Shown piece by piece: positions 55,388-64,000 of a DNA stretch of 64,000 bases; position 1 is the stretch's first letter, and the number at the start of each line of letters is the position of its first letter. The stretch is from Chloroflexia bacterium (GTDB lineage Bacteria; Chloroflexota; Chloroflexia; Thermomicrobiales; UBA6265): contig JBHWTK010000062.1 of the NCBI GenBank assembly GCA_043427975.1, forward strand, positions 10,281 through 74,280. The letters are read 5' to 3'. A program made the translations under genes and the position numbers. The notes beneath the pieces were generated by a model. That model was not told where the DNA came from and did not search any database. It saw only the letters and a list, made by a program, of their open reading frames with translations.

Positions 55388-56113
55388 CTAGGTGGTGCGT
55401 CGCCTGTCGAAAGCCTGTGGAGTCGACGAGCCATTGCCGGCATCGTCGCGTGCTTTCTGCACGTAGTTCTCCAGGTCAGCTTCGTTCATCTCGCCGATCA
55501 CCAGCGAACTCACCACGCCGTCGGGGCTGATCACATAGGTCATCGGGTAGAACGTAACGGTGTAATCCTTTGCGATGCTGCCGGTGGCCACCATATCGCC
55601 GCCGGAATCACGGCCAATGGGGTAGGTGATGCCAAAGCTCTCCGCGAACTCGCGCGATCGATCTTCCGGATCCTGCTTGCCGCCAACGCCGATCATCATC
55701 ACGTCATCCGGGGCGGATTCCCAATAGGCCTGGAATGCCGGCATCTCCCGTTTGCACGGTTCGCACCAGCTGCCCCAGAAGTTCACGATCACCACCTTGC
55801 CACGCTGCTCGCTGAGTGTGATCTCCTCGCCACTGAACGTGGTCAGGGTGAAATCGGGCGCCGGGTTGCCCACGGCCGGGACATCGACCGACGTAGAGCC
55901 GCCGGTACCGTTGTCAGGAGCATCCTCGTCGCCACCACGGGTCCACTGGTACACGCCCAGCAGCAGCACAACCAGGATCAGCACGGCCCCAAGCATCCAG
56001 CTGGAGGCGCGCTCGTTGCGGCCATAGCCAATGCGCCCGCGCTCTTCCTGTGATTCGTCGGTATCGGCAAGCGTGCGTTCGTCGAGAGTGTCATTCGGGG
56101 TCGGCTGGGACAT
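55388..56113 (-). CDS. TlpA/ResA-like thiol-disulfide oxidoreductase (membrane-anchored)
   Basis: TM anchor, thioredoxin fold with FWGSWCEPCKREMP (CxxC). Confidence 0.85.
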   Translation of the reverse strand: MSQPTPNDTLDERTLADTDESQEERGRIGYGRNERASSWMLGAVLILVVLLLGVYQWTRGGDEDAPDNGTGGSTSVDVPAVGNPAPDFTLTTFSGEEITLSEQRGKVVIVNFWGSWCEPCKREMPAFQAYWESAPDDVMMIGVGGKQDPEDRSREFAESFGITYPIGRDSGGDMVATGSIAKDYTVTFYPMTYVISPDGVVSSLVIGEMNEADLENYVQKARDDAGNGSSTPQAFDRRRTT

Positions 56114-56128
56114 GCGGGACTTTCTGCG

Positions 56129-56650
56129 TTACGGGAGTGACTGCATGGCGGCTTCGATTTTCGCGAGTTCCTCATCGCTGCCGCCTACCACAACAAGGAT
56201 ATAGCTCCCGTGCTGGTAAATATGGATTTCCTGACCCTCGTTCAGGGGCCGGTCGGAAATACGAGCCGTGATCTCGAGTGTTTCCGGGTCGAGGTCTGCA
56301 GCGTCTGCCTCGCGGGCGGCACGGGCTTCTTCGGCGCTGCCCTCCGGATAGATAAAGAGGAACGCATTCAGTTCGTTGATCTCAATCACCTGGCCGGGCT
56401 GCGTGAGCTGGTTTGCCGAGGCGGTGTACCGGCCGGGCTCCACCCGATCCAGGTCCTGCTCCCGCAAGGCGTAGATGACGCAGATGAACTCGTTGCGGCC
56501 TTCCTCACAGGCAGGTGGCCGTGGACCTTCCTGGAAGAACGCATCCTCAACAAAATAGAGGTACGCCACCACGCCGGCTGCAACCAGCATGAGGGCAAAC
56601 AGGATATTGCTGAGCGCGAGGGCCCGTTTGCGGTTTGGAGAAGTGCTCAT
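56129..56650 (-). CDS. hypothetical membrane-anchored protein
   Basis: N-terminal TM ALALSNILFALMLVAAGVVAYLYF. 15 nt upstream of the TlpA-like gene on the same strand. Confidence 0.6.
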   Translation of the reverse strand: MSTSPNRKRALALSNILFALMLVAAGVVAYLYFVEDAFFQEGPRPPACEEGRNEFICVIYALREQDLDRVEPGRYTASANQLTQPGQVIEINELNAFLFIYPEGSAEEARAAREADAADLDPETLEITARISDRPLNEGQEIHIYQHGSYILVVVGGSDEELAKIEAAMQSLP

Positions 56651-56819
56651 GCCAGGTTCCCGCGTTTACCAGTGGCGCACGCGCGCCAAAATGCTGTTGC
56701 CAGTATCGCCCAGCATGCGGGCTGTGTGCACGGTGGGCATGGCTCCGTACCGAATCTCGCGCAAGAAGGGCACTTGTGCCCGGTTAACAAGTGTTTCATC
56801 ACATTATCGCGATAATAGG

Positions 56820-56848
56820 TTGACATCGAGGTCAACCGCCCGTACACT
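56820..56848 (+). promoter_or_regulatory. sigma-70-type promoter TTGACA-17 nt-TACACT
   Basis: Exact -35 hexamer and 17-nt spacer. Lies about 70 nt upstream of ATG 56921. Palindrome TTATCGCGATAA (56804..56815) abuts the -35. Confidence 0.6.
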
Positions 56849-56920
56849 GGAAGCAGACAGGTGGAACAACGACGTTGCCTGTCCGTCACCGACGAAGTTG
56901 ACAAGGTCAAGGAGTACACG

Positions 56921-57094
56921 ATGAACCTCTTCCGCAAGCTTATCGGCCGCACTACCGGTCGTCGTGGTGGTCGCTTCCAGCGCTACTACGGAAACGTCCT
57001 CCGCACTGGCGCCGGCTATCCTACCGCCGATGAAGCACGCCGTGATATGGCCCAGTACGATCGCAATAGCCATCCCTTTGGCTGGCCGATGTAG
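56921..57094 (+). CDS. small basic protein (57 aa)
   Basis: ATG 7 nt after AAGGAG. MNLFRKLIGRTTGRRGGRFQRYYGNVLRTGAGYPTADEARRDMAQYDRNSHPFGWPM. Followed by a strong terminator. Confidence 0.5.
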   Translation: MNLFRKLIGRTTGRRGGRFQRYYGNVLRTGAGYPTADEARRDMAQYDRNSHPFGWPM

Positions 57095-57177
57095 TGTCAT
57101 CGCCTGTGCGATGACCCGGGCGTAACGAGCCCCTACTCGAGCCGCCCATTCCAACAGCGTTTACTTCCTGTGAACGG

Positions 57178-57217
57178 AAAACCGCCCAGGCGAAGCAACG
57201 AGCGCCTGGGCGGTTTT
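57178..57217. terminator. bidirectional rho-independent terminator
   Basis: AAAACCGCCCAGGCG-loop-CGCCTGGGCGGTTTT, with A-run and T-run flanks. Confidence 0.85.
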
Positions 57218-57284
57218 CAGCTTTTTCCCATGTTTGTACCTGACAGGGTTTTACCGACAACCTTATGCCGAAAACGGCATATGG

Positions 57285-57629
57285 CTACCCGACGCTGCGG
57301 GTGAAGCGGGCGATGGCCTTGTTGAGCTCGTCCAGCCGCTCCTCCAGCTCATCGCCTTCGGCGCTCACCACGCAGCCGCGGATGTGGTCCTGCAAGAGCA
57401 GCAGTCCGATGTTCTGCATGGATGAATTGATTGCCGAAATCTGGGTGAGGATATCCACGCAGTAGCGATCGTCCTCAATCATTCGGGCCACGCCACGGAT
57501 TTGCCCTTCCACCCGGGCCAGGCGGCTGAGCAGCCGTGTCTTGTCCGCGGCATAGGAATCGCTATGGTGACAGGAACCGGTGGTTTCCCCGGAGTCTGGC
57601 GTGGTGTCGGGTTTGATAATTGCGCTCAT
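57285..57629 (-). CDS. csoR: CsoR family copper-sensing repressor
   Basis: RLARVEGQIRGVARMIEDDRYCVDILTQISA...DHIRGC shows the C..H-x3-C ligand pattern. ATG 57629. Confidence 0.9.
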   Translation of the reverse strand: MSAIIKPDTTPDSGETTGSCHHSDSYAADKTRLLSRLARVEGQIRGVARMIEDDRYCVDILTQISAINSSMQNIGLLLLQDHIRGCVVSAEGDELEERLDELNKAIARFTRSVG

Positions 57630-57648
57630 GTGCATTCTCTGGTGCTCT

Positions 57649-57662
57649 GTGCCTGCAGGCAC
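57649..57662. promoter_or_regulatory. perfect 14-bp palindrome GTGCCTGCAGGCAC upstream of csoR
   Basis: Read directly. Lies 20-33 nt upstream of the csoR ATG, in the csoR / DUF1269-like divergent region. Confidence 0.35.
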
Positions 57663-57768
57663 TCACAATTCATAACCTACCTTAACACACCACGTCCCAG
57701 GATCGGTGAGATATGCAAGAATACAGGCAGATTCTCGGATATCAATCGCGATAGTAATGAGGGCACCC

Positions 57769-58362
57769 ATGGCTGATTCGCAGATCATCGTTGCGACGTT
57801 CGACGACGAAAGCAAAACCTACCAGGCGTTCTCGGAAATCAAGCGGGCGTCTGTGGACGGCGAGTTGAAGATCAACGGCCTCACGGTGATGCATCGGAAC
57901 CTGGAAGGCAACTTCGTTATTAAGGACGCCGCCATTCGCAACTATGGTGGCAGTATCACGGGCGGTATCATCGGCTCGCTGGTGGGTATCCTTGGCGGCC
58001 CAATTGGCATCCTGCTCGGGTGGGGCGCCGGTGCGCTCATCGGCGGTATCCGTGATGCCCGCGAAATCCTCGGCGACCAGAACCTGTTCAAAACCCTCTC
58101 CGCCGATATGCAGGTAGGGAACACCGCGCTTATCGGTGAGATTGAGGACGAGAAGAGTACGGTGGTGGACCAGATCGTTCGCCGCCTCGGCGGCGTGCTG
58201 CTCCGTCGCCCCACCGCCGAGGTGGAGGCCGATGTGGCGGCCATGGAGCGCGCCCAGGATTCGGCCCGCAACGAGGCCATTCGGGTGCTGGATGATTACC
58301 GTACGGGTGACCGCTCTGGCGATACGGCCGGCGACCGGGGAGACGGACCCACGCCCGTATAA
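57769..58362 (+). CDS. DUF1269-like glycine-zipper membrane protein
   Basis: IIVATFDDESKTYQAFSEIK..., GGIIGSLVGILGGPIGILLGWGAGALIGG. ATG 57769. Confidence 0.6.
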   Translation: MADSQIIVATFDDESKTYQAFSEIKRASVDGELKINGLTVMHRNLEGNFVIKDAAIRNYGGSITGGIIGSLVGILGGPIGILLGWGAGALIGGIRDAREILGDQNLFKTLSADMQVGNTALIGEIEDEKSTVVDQIVRRLGGVLLRRPTAEVEADVAAMERAQDSARNEAIRVLDDYRTGDRSGDTAGDRGDGPTPV

Positions 58363-58466
58363 CGGGTAGCGTGTATGCTATTACCGTAAATCGGCGCTTA
58401 ATAGTGCGCTGTGGCATCGACCCCGCCCGCGATAACCTGCACTCGCGGCGATGAGGCATTGCGCGT

Positions 58467-59432
58467 ATGCGATCATTTTTCCAACGACAAGGCAAGTTCC
58501 GTCCGCTCGCCAAAGGCGACCAGCGTGGGGCCGAACGCGATAGTTCCGTGCCCGAGGATTTGTGGACCAAGTGTTCCAAATGCGGCGAGCTCCTGTACAC
58601 CCGCGAGCTTGAACGCAACTCCCGGGTGTGCCCGAAGTGCAACTACCACTTCCGCCTCTCCGCCCGCGAGCGCATCGACTTGCTGGTGGATGCGGATACG
58701 TTTGAGGAGTGGGACACCGATATCCGCCCCACCGATCCGCTGGAGTTTGTGGATGGCCAGGGAGCCTATTCTGACAAGCTCGTAAAAACCCAGGCGAAAA
58801 CCGGCGAGACCGAAAGCCTGGTAACCGGCATCGGCGAGATTAACGGCCGCCGTATGGTACTGGTCGTCGCCGAGTTCGGCTTCCTTGGTGCCAGTATGGG
58901 GAGCGTGTGGGGCGAGAAGCTTGCCCGCGCGGTGGAGCGTGCGGTGGAACTCCGTGTGCCCGTGCTCACCGTGAACGCATCGGGTGGTGCCCGCATGCAT
59001 GAGGGGCTCTTCTCGCTCATGCAAATGGCGAAAACCATCGCTGCATTCCATCGCCTGGGCGAAAACCGCCTGCCGCATGTGAGCCTGTTGGTGGATCCCT
59101 GTTATGGAGGCGTGCCTGCCAGCTTCGCCACCGTGGCCGATGTGATGCTGGCCGAGCCGGGCGCGCTAATCGGCTTTGCGGGCCAGCGCGTGATCGAGCA
59201 GGTCACCCGCCAGAAACTGCCCGAGGGATTCCAGACCGCCGAGTTCCTGCTTGAGCACGGCATGATCGACCAGATCATCGAGCGCGGCAATATCCGCCAC
59301 ACCCTCACGATATTGGCCGACCACTACGTGGGTCGCCCCGCCACGGCCCGTACCGGGTATCCCAAGGGCCTGTTGGGTGACGACCATCTTGAATCCGCCG
59401 ACGCGCCAGTTGCCACCGGAGAGCCTGCATGA
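58467..59432 (+). CDS. accD: acetyl-CoA carboxylase carboxyltransferase subunit beta
   Basis: Zn ribbon CSKCGELLY...CPKCNYH, then GFLGASMGSV. Confidence 0.95.
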   Translation: MRSFFQRQGKFRPLAKGDQRGAERDSSVPEDLWTKCSKCGELLYTRELERNSRVCPKCNYHFRLSARERIDLLVDADTFEEWDTDIRPTDPLEFVDGQGAYSDKLVKTQAKTGETESLVTGIGEINGRRMVLVVAEFGFLGASMGSVWGEKLARAVERAVELRVPVLTVNASGGARMHEGLFSLMQMAKTIAAFHRLGENRLPHVSLLVDPCYGGVPASFATVADVMLAEPGALIGFAGQRVIEQVTRQKLPEGFQTAEFLLEHGMIDQIIERGNIRHTLTILADHYVGRPATARTGYPKGLLGDDHLESADAPVATGEPA

Positions 59433-60292
59433 GCGACGAAACCAGGACCACATCGGACCGCGAGCCCGCCACAGCCGTCGCCGCCATGGATCGCGTCCGC
59501 CTTGCGCGCGATCCCAATCGCCCCGGCACGCTCGATTACGTCCATGAACTGCTCGAGCGCGTGGTTGAACTCCGTGGCGATCGCGGTTTCGGCGACGACC
59601 GCGCCATGATTGGCGGTATCGGTACCTTCCGTGGTCGTCCGGTGGTGTGGATCGGTCACCAGGGCGGCACCAATACCAGGGAAAACCTGGAGCGCAACTT
59701 TGGCATGCCGCGCCCGGAAGGGTTCCGCAAGGCGAAGCGGCTGATGCAGCACGCCGAGAAGTTCGGTATGCCGATCCTCACATTTGTCGATACCTCTGGC
59801 GCCGATCCCGGCATCAGTTCGGAAGAACGTGGCCAGGCGACCGCGATCGCAGAGTGCCTGCTGCAGATGGTGGGCACGAAGGTGCCGATCGTGTGCACCG
59901 TGATCGGCGAGGGTGGTTCCGGTGGCGCGCTTAGCATCAGCCTGGGCGATCGTTTGTTGATGCTGGAGAACGCGGTGTATGCCGTGGCCAGCCCGGAAGC
60001 CTGCGCAGCCATTTTGTGGAAGGATGCCGGCAAGGCCGCCGATGCCGCCGCCACCATGCGCGTGACCGCGGCTGACCTGCAGCGCTTCGGCATGATCGAG
60101 GAACTCATTCCCGAGCCGATTCCGGCCCACGAGGCCCCGCGCGATACGATCCAGACCGTTGGTGAGCGGATCGAGCATCACCTGAGCCAGTTGCTGGCCG
60201 GTTTCGATCCTGAGGACGAAAAGAAGATCGCCGAAATGCTGGACAAGCGGTACCAGAAGTTCCGCGCCATCGGTGCCTGGACCACGGTGTAG
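59429..60292 (+). CDS. accA: acetyl-CoA carboxylase carboxyltransferase subunit alpha
   Basis: ATGA overlap with accD. FGMPRPEGFRKA...TFVDTSGADPG...GEGGSGGAL. Confidence 0.95.
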   Translation: MSDETRTTSDREPATAVAAMDRVRLARDPNRPGTLDYVHELLERVVELRGDRGFGDDRAMIGGIGTFRGRPVVWIGHQGGTNTRENLERNFGMPRPEGFRKAKRLMQHAEKFGMPILTFVDTSGADPGISSEERGQATAIAECLLQMVGTKVPIVCTVIGEGGSGGALSISLGDRLLMLENAVYAVASPEACAAILWKDAGKAADAAATMRVTAADLQRFGMIEELIPEPIPAHEAPRDTIQTVGERIEHHLSQLLAGFDPEDEKKIAEMLDKRYQKFRAIGAWTTV

Positions 60293-60423
60293 TTCTTCAC
60301 TCCGAGCAGAGAAAGGGCTTGGCCGCCTTCGGCAGAATCCTCCGGCGATGCCGACAAGGGGTTGGTTCCCGGGTGCGCATGTACGCCCGCCCTGCGCCCG
60401 GAGTGGGTCCATGGGCACAAAAT

Positions 60424-60456
60424 GTAGGCCCGTCCTGCCGAAGGCATCGGGCGGGC
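60424..60456. repeat. single REP-like unit
   Basis: GTAGGCCCGTCCtgccgaaggcatcGGGCGGGC, same family as 23584 and 23753. Confidence 0.6.
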
Positions 60457-60579
60457 ATGTTGGCGTGAGATGTCCATGCACTAATTCGCCATAGGAACCC
60501 GCACCTTCGCGCGGTTTTCCCCAGGCATCGTACGCCCGGGGTTCATCCCCCGGGCGCACAGCGAAACACCGGGTGGCGC

Positions 60580-62793
60580 TTATTCCACCGAACGGATGTC
60601 AACCCGCCGCAACAACTGCGCATTGAGGGCGACGATGATCGTCGACAGGCTCATCAGCACCGCTGCCGCAGCGGGTGCCAGGGTGAACCCCCAATTCGCG
60701 AGCGCACCGGCGGCCAGCGGGATGGCCAACACGTTGTACCCCACGGCCCAGACCAGGTTCTGGATCATCTTGCTGAACGACGCCGCCGAGAGCTTGCGCA
60801 CGCCGGCAACGGTACGCGGATCGCTTGACGCCAACACCACGCCGGCCGACTGGATCGCCACATCGGTACCGGCACCAATCGCCAGCCCGACATCGGCCTG
60901 GGCAAGCGCAGGGGCATCGTTAACCCCATCACCCACCATGGCCACTCGCTCACCACGGGACTGAAGTTCTTTCACTACCGATTGCTTCTTCTCCGGAAGC
61001 ACCTGGGCGAACACCTCATCAATGCCCAATTCCTTGCCCACGGCTTCGGCGACTGGTCGCGCATCGCCGGTGATCATCACCACCCGCACATCACGCTCCT
61101 GCAGGTCGCGCACGGCTTCGGCCGATTCTTCCCGCACCTGGTCCTCCAGCGAGAGTCCACCGATAACCTCTCCCTCACGCACCACGTACAGCGCCGCCGC
61201 GCCGCGTGCGCTCCACCGGTCAGCGGCCGCACGGATGATGTCTGGAAGCTCGAGTCCCTGCTCTTCCAGCATGGTCGGGCCGCCTACAGCAATTCGGGCG
61301 CCATTCACTTTGCCGGTCACGCCCCGACCCGGGATCGCTTCGAACTCCGACACCGGTGCGAGATTCAGGCCCCGTTCCAGCGCCGCATTCACGATCGCCC
61401 GCGCCAGCGGATGCTCGCTATCGCGCTCGACCGATGCGGCGAGGACGAGCATGTCGTCCTCACTTGTGTTCGCCGCTGCGAGGTCGTGCAGCACGTGCTC
61501 GCCGCGCGTGAGCGTGCCGGTTTTGTCGAAGAGCACCGTTGTGATGGTGCGCATCCGCTCCAGGGCGAGCCGATCCTTAATCAGCACGCCGTTTTTCGCC
61601 GCCACCTCGGTCGTGATGGCAATCACTAGGGGAATCGCCAACCCCAGCGCATGGGGGCACGAAATCACCAGGACGGTGACGGTATGGGTAATGGCGGCGT
61701 TCAGGTCTCCGACGATGAGCCACCAGGTAAGGAATGTCACCAGGCCCGCGCCGGTCGCGATATAGAAGAGCAGGGCCGCGAAGCGATCGGCCAGCGCCTG
61801 CGCCCGCGATTTGGACGTTTGCGCTTCGGCAACCATCCGCTGGATGCCGGCGAGTGTTGTTTGGTCGCCGGTGGCGCCCACGCGGAAACGAACCGACGAG
61901 CCGGCAACGACAGTACCGGCGACGATATGGTCGCCCTCGCCGCGTCCGACAGGCCGGGATTCGCCAGTAATCATGGATTCATCGAACTCGGCCCGACCCT
62001 GTTCGATCACGCCATCGGCGGGAACACTGCTTCCGGGCCGTACCAGCACAAGGTCGCCGGTGCGGAGCTCGCTCGCCGGAACCATCTCCGACTGGCCATT
62101 GACAATGCGTTCCGCCTCATCGGGGACCAGCGCCGCCAGGGCGTCGAGGGCGCTCCGGGTTTCGCCCAGTGCCCGCATCTCCAGCCAGTGGCCAAGCAGC
62201 ATGATGGTTATCAGCAGTGCCAGTTCCCACCAGTAATCCATGTCCAGCCACCCGAACGTTGTGGCGGCACTGGCGATGAAGGCAACCGTGATTGCGAGGC
62301 TGATGAGCAGCATCATGCCCGGCTTACGCTGTTTCAGTTCTTCCCATCCACCCTCGAGGAAGACCCACCCACCGTAGAAGAACAGGATGGTACCGAGCAC
62401 CGGCGAGATCCAGTCGCTGCCGGTGAACGTGGGCATGGAGAAGTTGAACCACTCCTGGATCATGTGGCTATAGAGCACGATCGGGATGGAGAGGATCAGC
62501 GATATCCAGAACTTCTGGCGGAACACTGCTTCGTGCCCTGCGTGGCCGCCATGGTCGCCATGGCCATGGCCGGCATGCGCCGCGTGGTCGCCCATCGCGT
62601 GGGCGGCATGGTCATGCCCGGCATGCGATCCGTGGTGGCCAGCGTGTGCATCGTGATGATGGGCATGATCGCCAGGCGTCAAGTCGGCAGGATCGCGGCG
62701 GAGTTCTACAAGCTCCCCTGCTGCCTGTTCCGGCCCCTGGGGAGTCGAATGGTGGTCGTGATGATGATTATGATCGTGCGGGTTCTGGCTCAT
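60580..62793 (-). CDS. copB: copper-translocating P1B-type ATPase with a His-rich N-terminus (CopB-like, CPH motif)
   Basis: SCPHALGLAIP (CPH), DKTGTLT, GDGVNDAP. 25 His in the first ~88 residues by my count. Confidence 0.95.
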   Translation of the reverse strand: MSQNPHDHNHHHDHHSTPQGPEQAAGELVELRRDPADLTPGDHAHHHDAHAGHHGSHAGHDHAAHAMGDHAAHAGHGHGDHGGHAGHEAVFRQKFWISLILSIPIVLYSHMIQEWFNFSMPTFTGSDWISPVLGTILFFYGGWVFLEGGWEELKQRKPGMMLLISLAITVAFIASAATTFGWLDMDYWWELALLITIMLLGHWLEMRALGETRSALDALAALVPDEAERIVNGQSEMVPASELRTGDLVLVRPGSSVPADGVIEQGRAEFDESMITGESRPVGRGEGDHIVAGTVVAGSSVRFRVGATGDQTTLAGIQRMVAEAQTSKSRAQALADRFAALLFYIATGAGLVTFLTWWLIVGDLNAAITHTVTVLVISCPHALGLAIPLVIAITTEVAAKNGVLIKDRLALERMRTITTVLFDKTGTLTRGEHVLHDLAAANTSEDDMLVLAASVERDSEHPLARAIVNAALERGLNLAPVSEFEAIPGRGVTGKVNGARIAVGGPTMLEEQGLELPDIIRAAADRWSARGAAALYVVREGEVIGGLSLEDQVREESAEAVRDLQERDVRVVMITGDARPVAEAVGKELGIDEVFAQVLPEKKQSVVKELQSRGERVAMVGDGVNDAPALAQADVGLAIGAGTDVAIQSAGVVLASSDPRTVAGVRKLSAASFSKMIQNLVWAVGYNVLAIPLAAGALANWGFTLAPAAAAVLMSLSTIIVALNAQLLRRVDIRSVE

Positions 62794-62815
62794 AGCTGTC
62801 GCTGTTCTCCTCTCT

Positions 62816-62834
62816 TATACCCCCAGGGGGTATA
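62816..62834. promoter_or_regulatory. CsoR-box-like operator TATACCCCCAGGGGGTATA
   Basis: Perfect 9-1-9 palindrome 23-41 nt upstream of the copB ATG. Resembles published CsoR operators (ATACCC..GGGGTAT type). Confidence 0.7.
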
Positions 62835-62911
62835 ATTACAAGATACCAGACATTGCTGGAGAGTCAACTTCCACTTGGGGAAATGACGAACCCCGCTCAC
62901 GCCAACGCGAA

Positions 62912-62942
62912 ACCCCGGGCATTGTGTGGCAATGCCCGGGGT
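62912..62942 (-). terminator. hairpin downstream of ilvE
   Basis: 12-bp perfect stem ACCCCGGGCATT / AATGCCCGGGGT. Weak U tract on the minus strand. Confidence 0.45.
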
Positions 62943-62969
62943 GTGATTCAGGAACCTGCCTTTGGAACG

Positions 62970-63902
62970 TTACCCGATCTCGACGCGGGTGACCCATTCG
63001 GGGTGGGAATCGGATTCGCCGCGGAAGATGCCGAACAGCGTGTCGTACAACTGCTTCGCAATCGGCCCACGCTCGCCGGTGCCGATGGTGCGGCCATCGA
63101 TGGTCGCGACCCAGGCAACCTGCACGCCGGTGCCGCAGAAGAACACTTCCTCGGCCAGGTAGAGTTCGGAGCGATCGATTTCGCGCTGCTCCACCGCGTA
63201 GCCCAGCTCGTCGGCCAGTGCAATCACGCTGCGGCGGGTGATGCCTTCCAGCACATCGCCGGTGATGGGGGCGGTAATCAGCACGCCATCGCGCACCATG
63301 AACAGGTTTGCGGCGCTGCCTTCACCCACCTTCCCGCGCGAGTTCAGCATGATGGCGTCATCGGCGCCGTAGCTCATCGCCTGGTCCTTGGCAAAGCTGG
63401 CGTTGATGTAGCTGCCGGTGATTTTGCCCCGGCTGGGGATCATATTATCCTCGGTGCGGGTCCAGCTGGTAACGATCATGTTCATGCCGCGCGAGGTGTC
63501 GAGGTAATCGCCCATCGGCAACATGTAGCAGGCGAACTCGTCCTTCAGGTTCTGCAGGCGCGGGGTAAGCTCCACGCTGGCCTTGTACACCATCGGGCGG
63601 TAATACACATCGGTATCCGGCGCGTTCTTGCGGGTGAGTTCGATAATGGTTTCGGCCATGGTTTGCGGATTGAACGGCAGGTCCATGCGCAGGAGTTTGG
63701 CGCTGCGCAGCAGGCGGGCGGTGTGATCCTCGAGCCGCACGATGTTGATCGCCTTGCCATCGGCTGAGCGGTAGCCGCGAATACCGGCAAATGCGCCGGT
63801 GCCGTACTGCATGGCGTGGGTTCCGATGCTGATGGTCGCTTCCCTGAAGGGCACAATCTTGCCCTCGAAGAATGCGTATTCCAATGTCTCACTAAACGCC
63901 AT
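62970..63902 (-). CDS. ilvE: branched-chain amino acid aminotransferase
   Basis: FFEGKIVPFREATISIGTHAMQYGTGAFAGIRGY...SRGKITGSYINA...EVFFCGTG. ATG 63902. Confidence 0.9.
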   Translation of the reverse strand: MAFSETLEYAFFEGKIVPFREATISIGTHAMQYGTGAFAGIRGYRSADGKAINIVRLEDHTARLLRSAKLLRMDLPFNPQTMAETIIELTRKNAPDTDVYYRPMVYKASVELTPRLQNLKDEFACYMLPMGDYLDTSRGMNMIVTSWTRTEDNMIPSRGKITGSYINASFAKDQAMSYGADDAIMLNSRGKVGEGSAANLFMVRDGVLITAPITGDVLEGITRRSVIALADELGYAVEQREIDRSELYLAEEVFFCGTGVQVAWVATIDGRTIGTGERGPIAKQLYDTLFGIFRGESDSHPEWVTRVEIG

Positions 63903-64000
63903 ACCCGTACCCTTTACCCTGTATCCACGCCGGTATAGCCGGTTCCGAATCGAGCCGGCCTGTTCCTCGCAGTATCGCACAGCCGTGTGCGTGCGCAATT

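Noticed and set aside
1-64000. Prophage, IS element, integron or conjugative element
   Set aside because: I found no integrase, transposase, recombinase, phage structural or conjugation gene in any frame, and no tRNA gene that could serve as an attachment site.

Overview
High-GC, densely coding bacterial chromosomal segment with about 60 credible CDS. The taxon cannot be determined from the sequence; the gene content looks Chloroflexota- or Actinomycetota-like. I saw no rRNA, tRNA, CRISPR array, transposase, integrase or prophage genes.

Gene content, left to right:
- A partial dynamin-like GTPase that is missing from the ORF track.
- A secreted three-module protein, yggX, purD, a DUF2795 protein, a Mn-catalase and a Tat cupredoxin.
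- An AT-rich single-gene island encoding a PD-(D/E)XK-like + DUF4268 protein.
- A DrrAB-like ABC-2 exporter.
- A TPP riboswitch in front of an ATPase-permease-tenA thiamine salvage operon that lacks a binding protein.
- A 4xSH3b-SLT cell wall hydrolase and a YhhQ-like transporter.
- A serine hydrolase, two GNAT genes and mgtC.
- An orphan beta-class DNA methyltransferase next to a PBP2.
- An AT-rich stretch without credible long ORFs, then small ORF(s) coupled to two tandem paralogous double-GNAT genes.
- An orphan siderophore-type binding protein and a Gfo/Idh/MocA pair.
- An M20 peptidase with two class-V aminotransferases.
- A TAXI-TRAP operon with DUF1850, a tandem Usp, an Opp/Dpp-type ABC operon and glnA.
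- A copper-themed neighbourhood: two DUF305 genes (one with a Met-rich insert), TlpA, CsoR, and a His-rich CopB-type ATPase with a CsoR-box palindrome.
- accD-accA and ilvE.

The most striking non-genic signal is a family of GTAG/CTAC-capped GC-rich palindromic (REP-like) repeats at seven intergenic sites, including a 430-bp cluster. Many long ORFs in the track are antisense shadows of real genes, as expected at this GC content.

I cannot demonstrate a clearly novel multi-gene system. The best candidates for follow-up are the small-ORF + double-GNAT module, the REP-like repeat family, the AT-rich nuclease-like island and the orphan methyltransferase.
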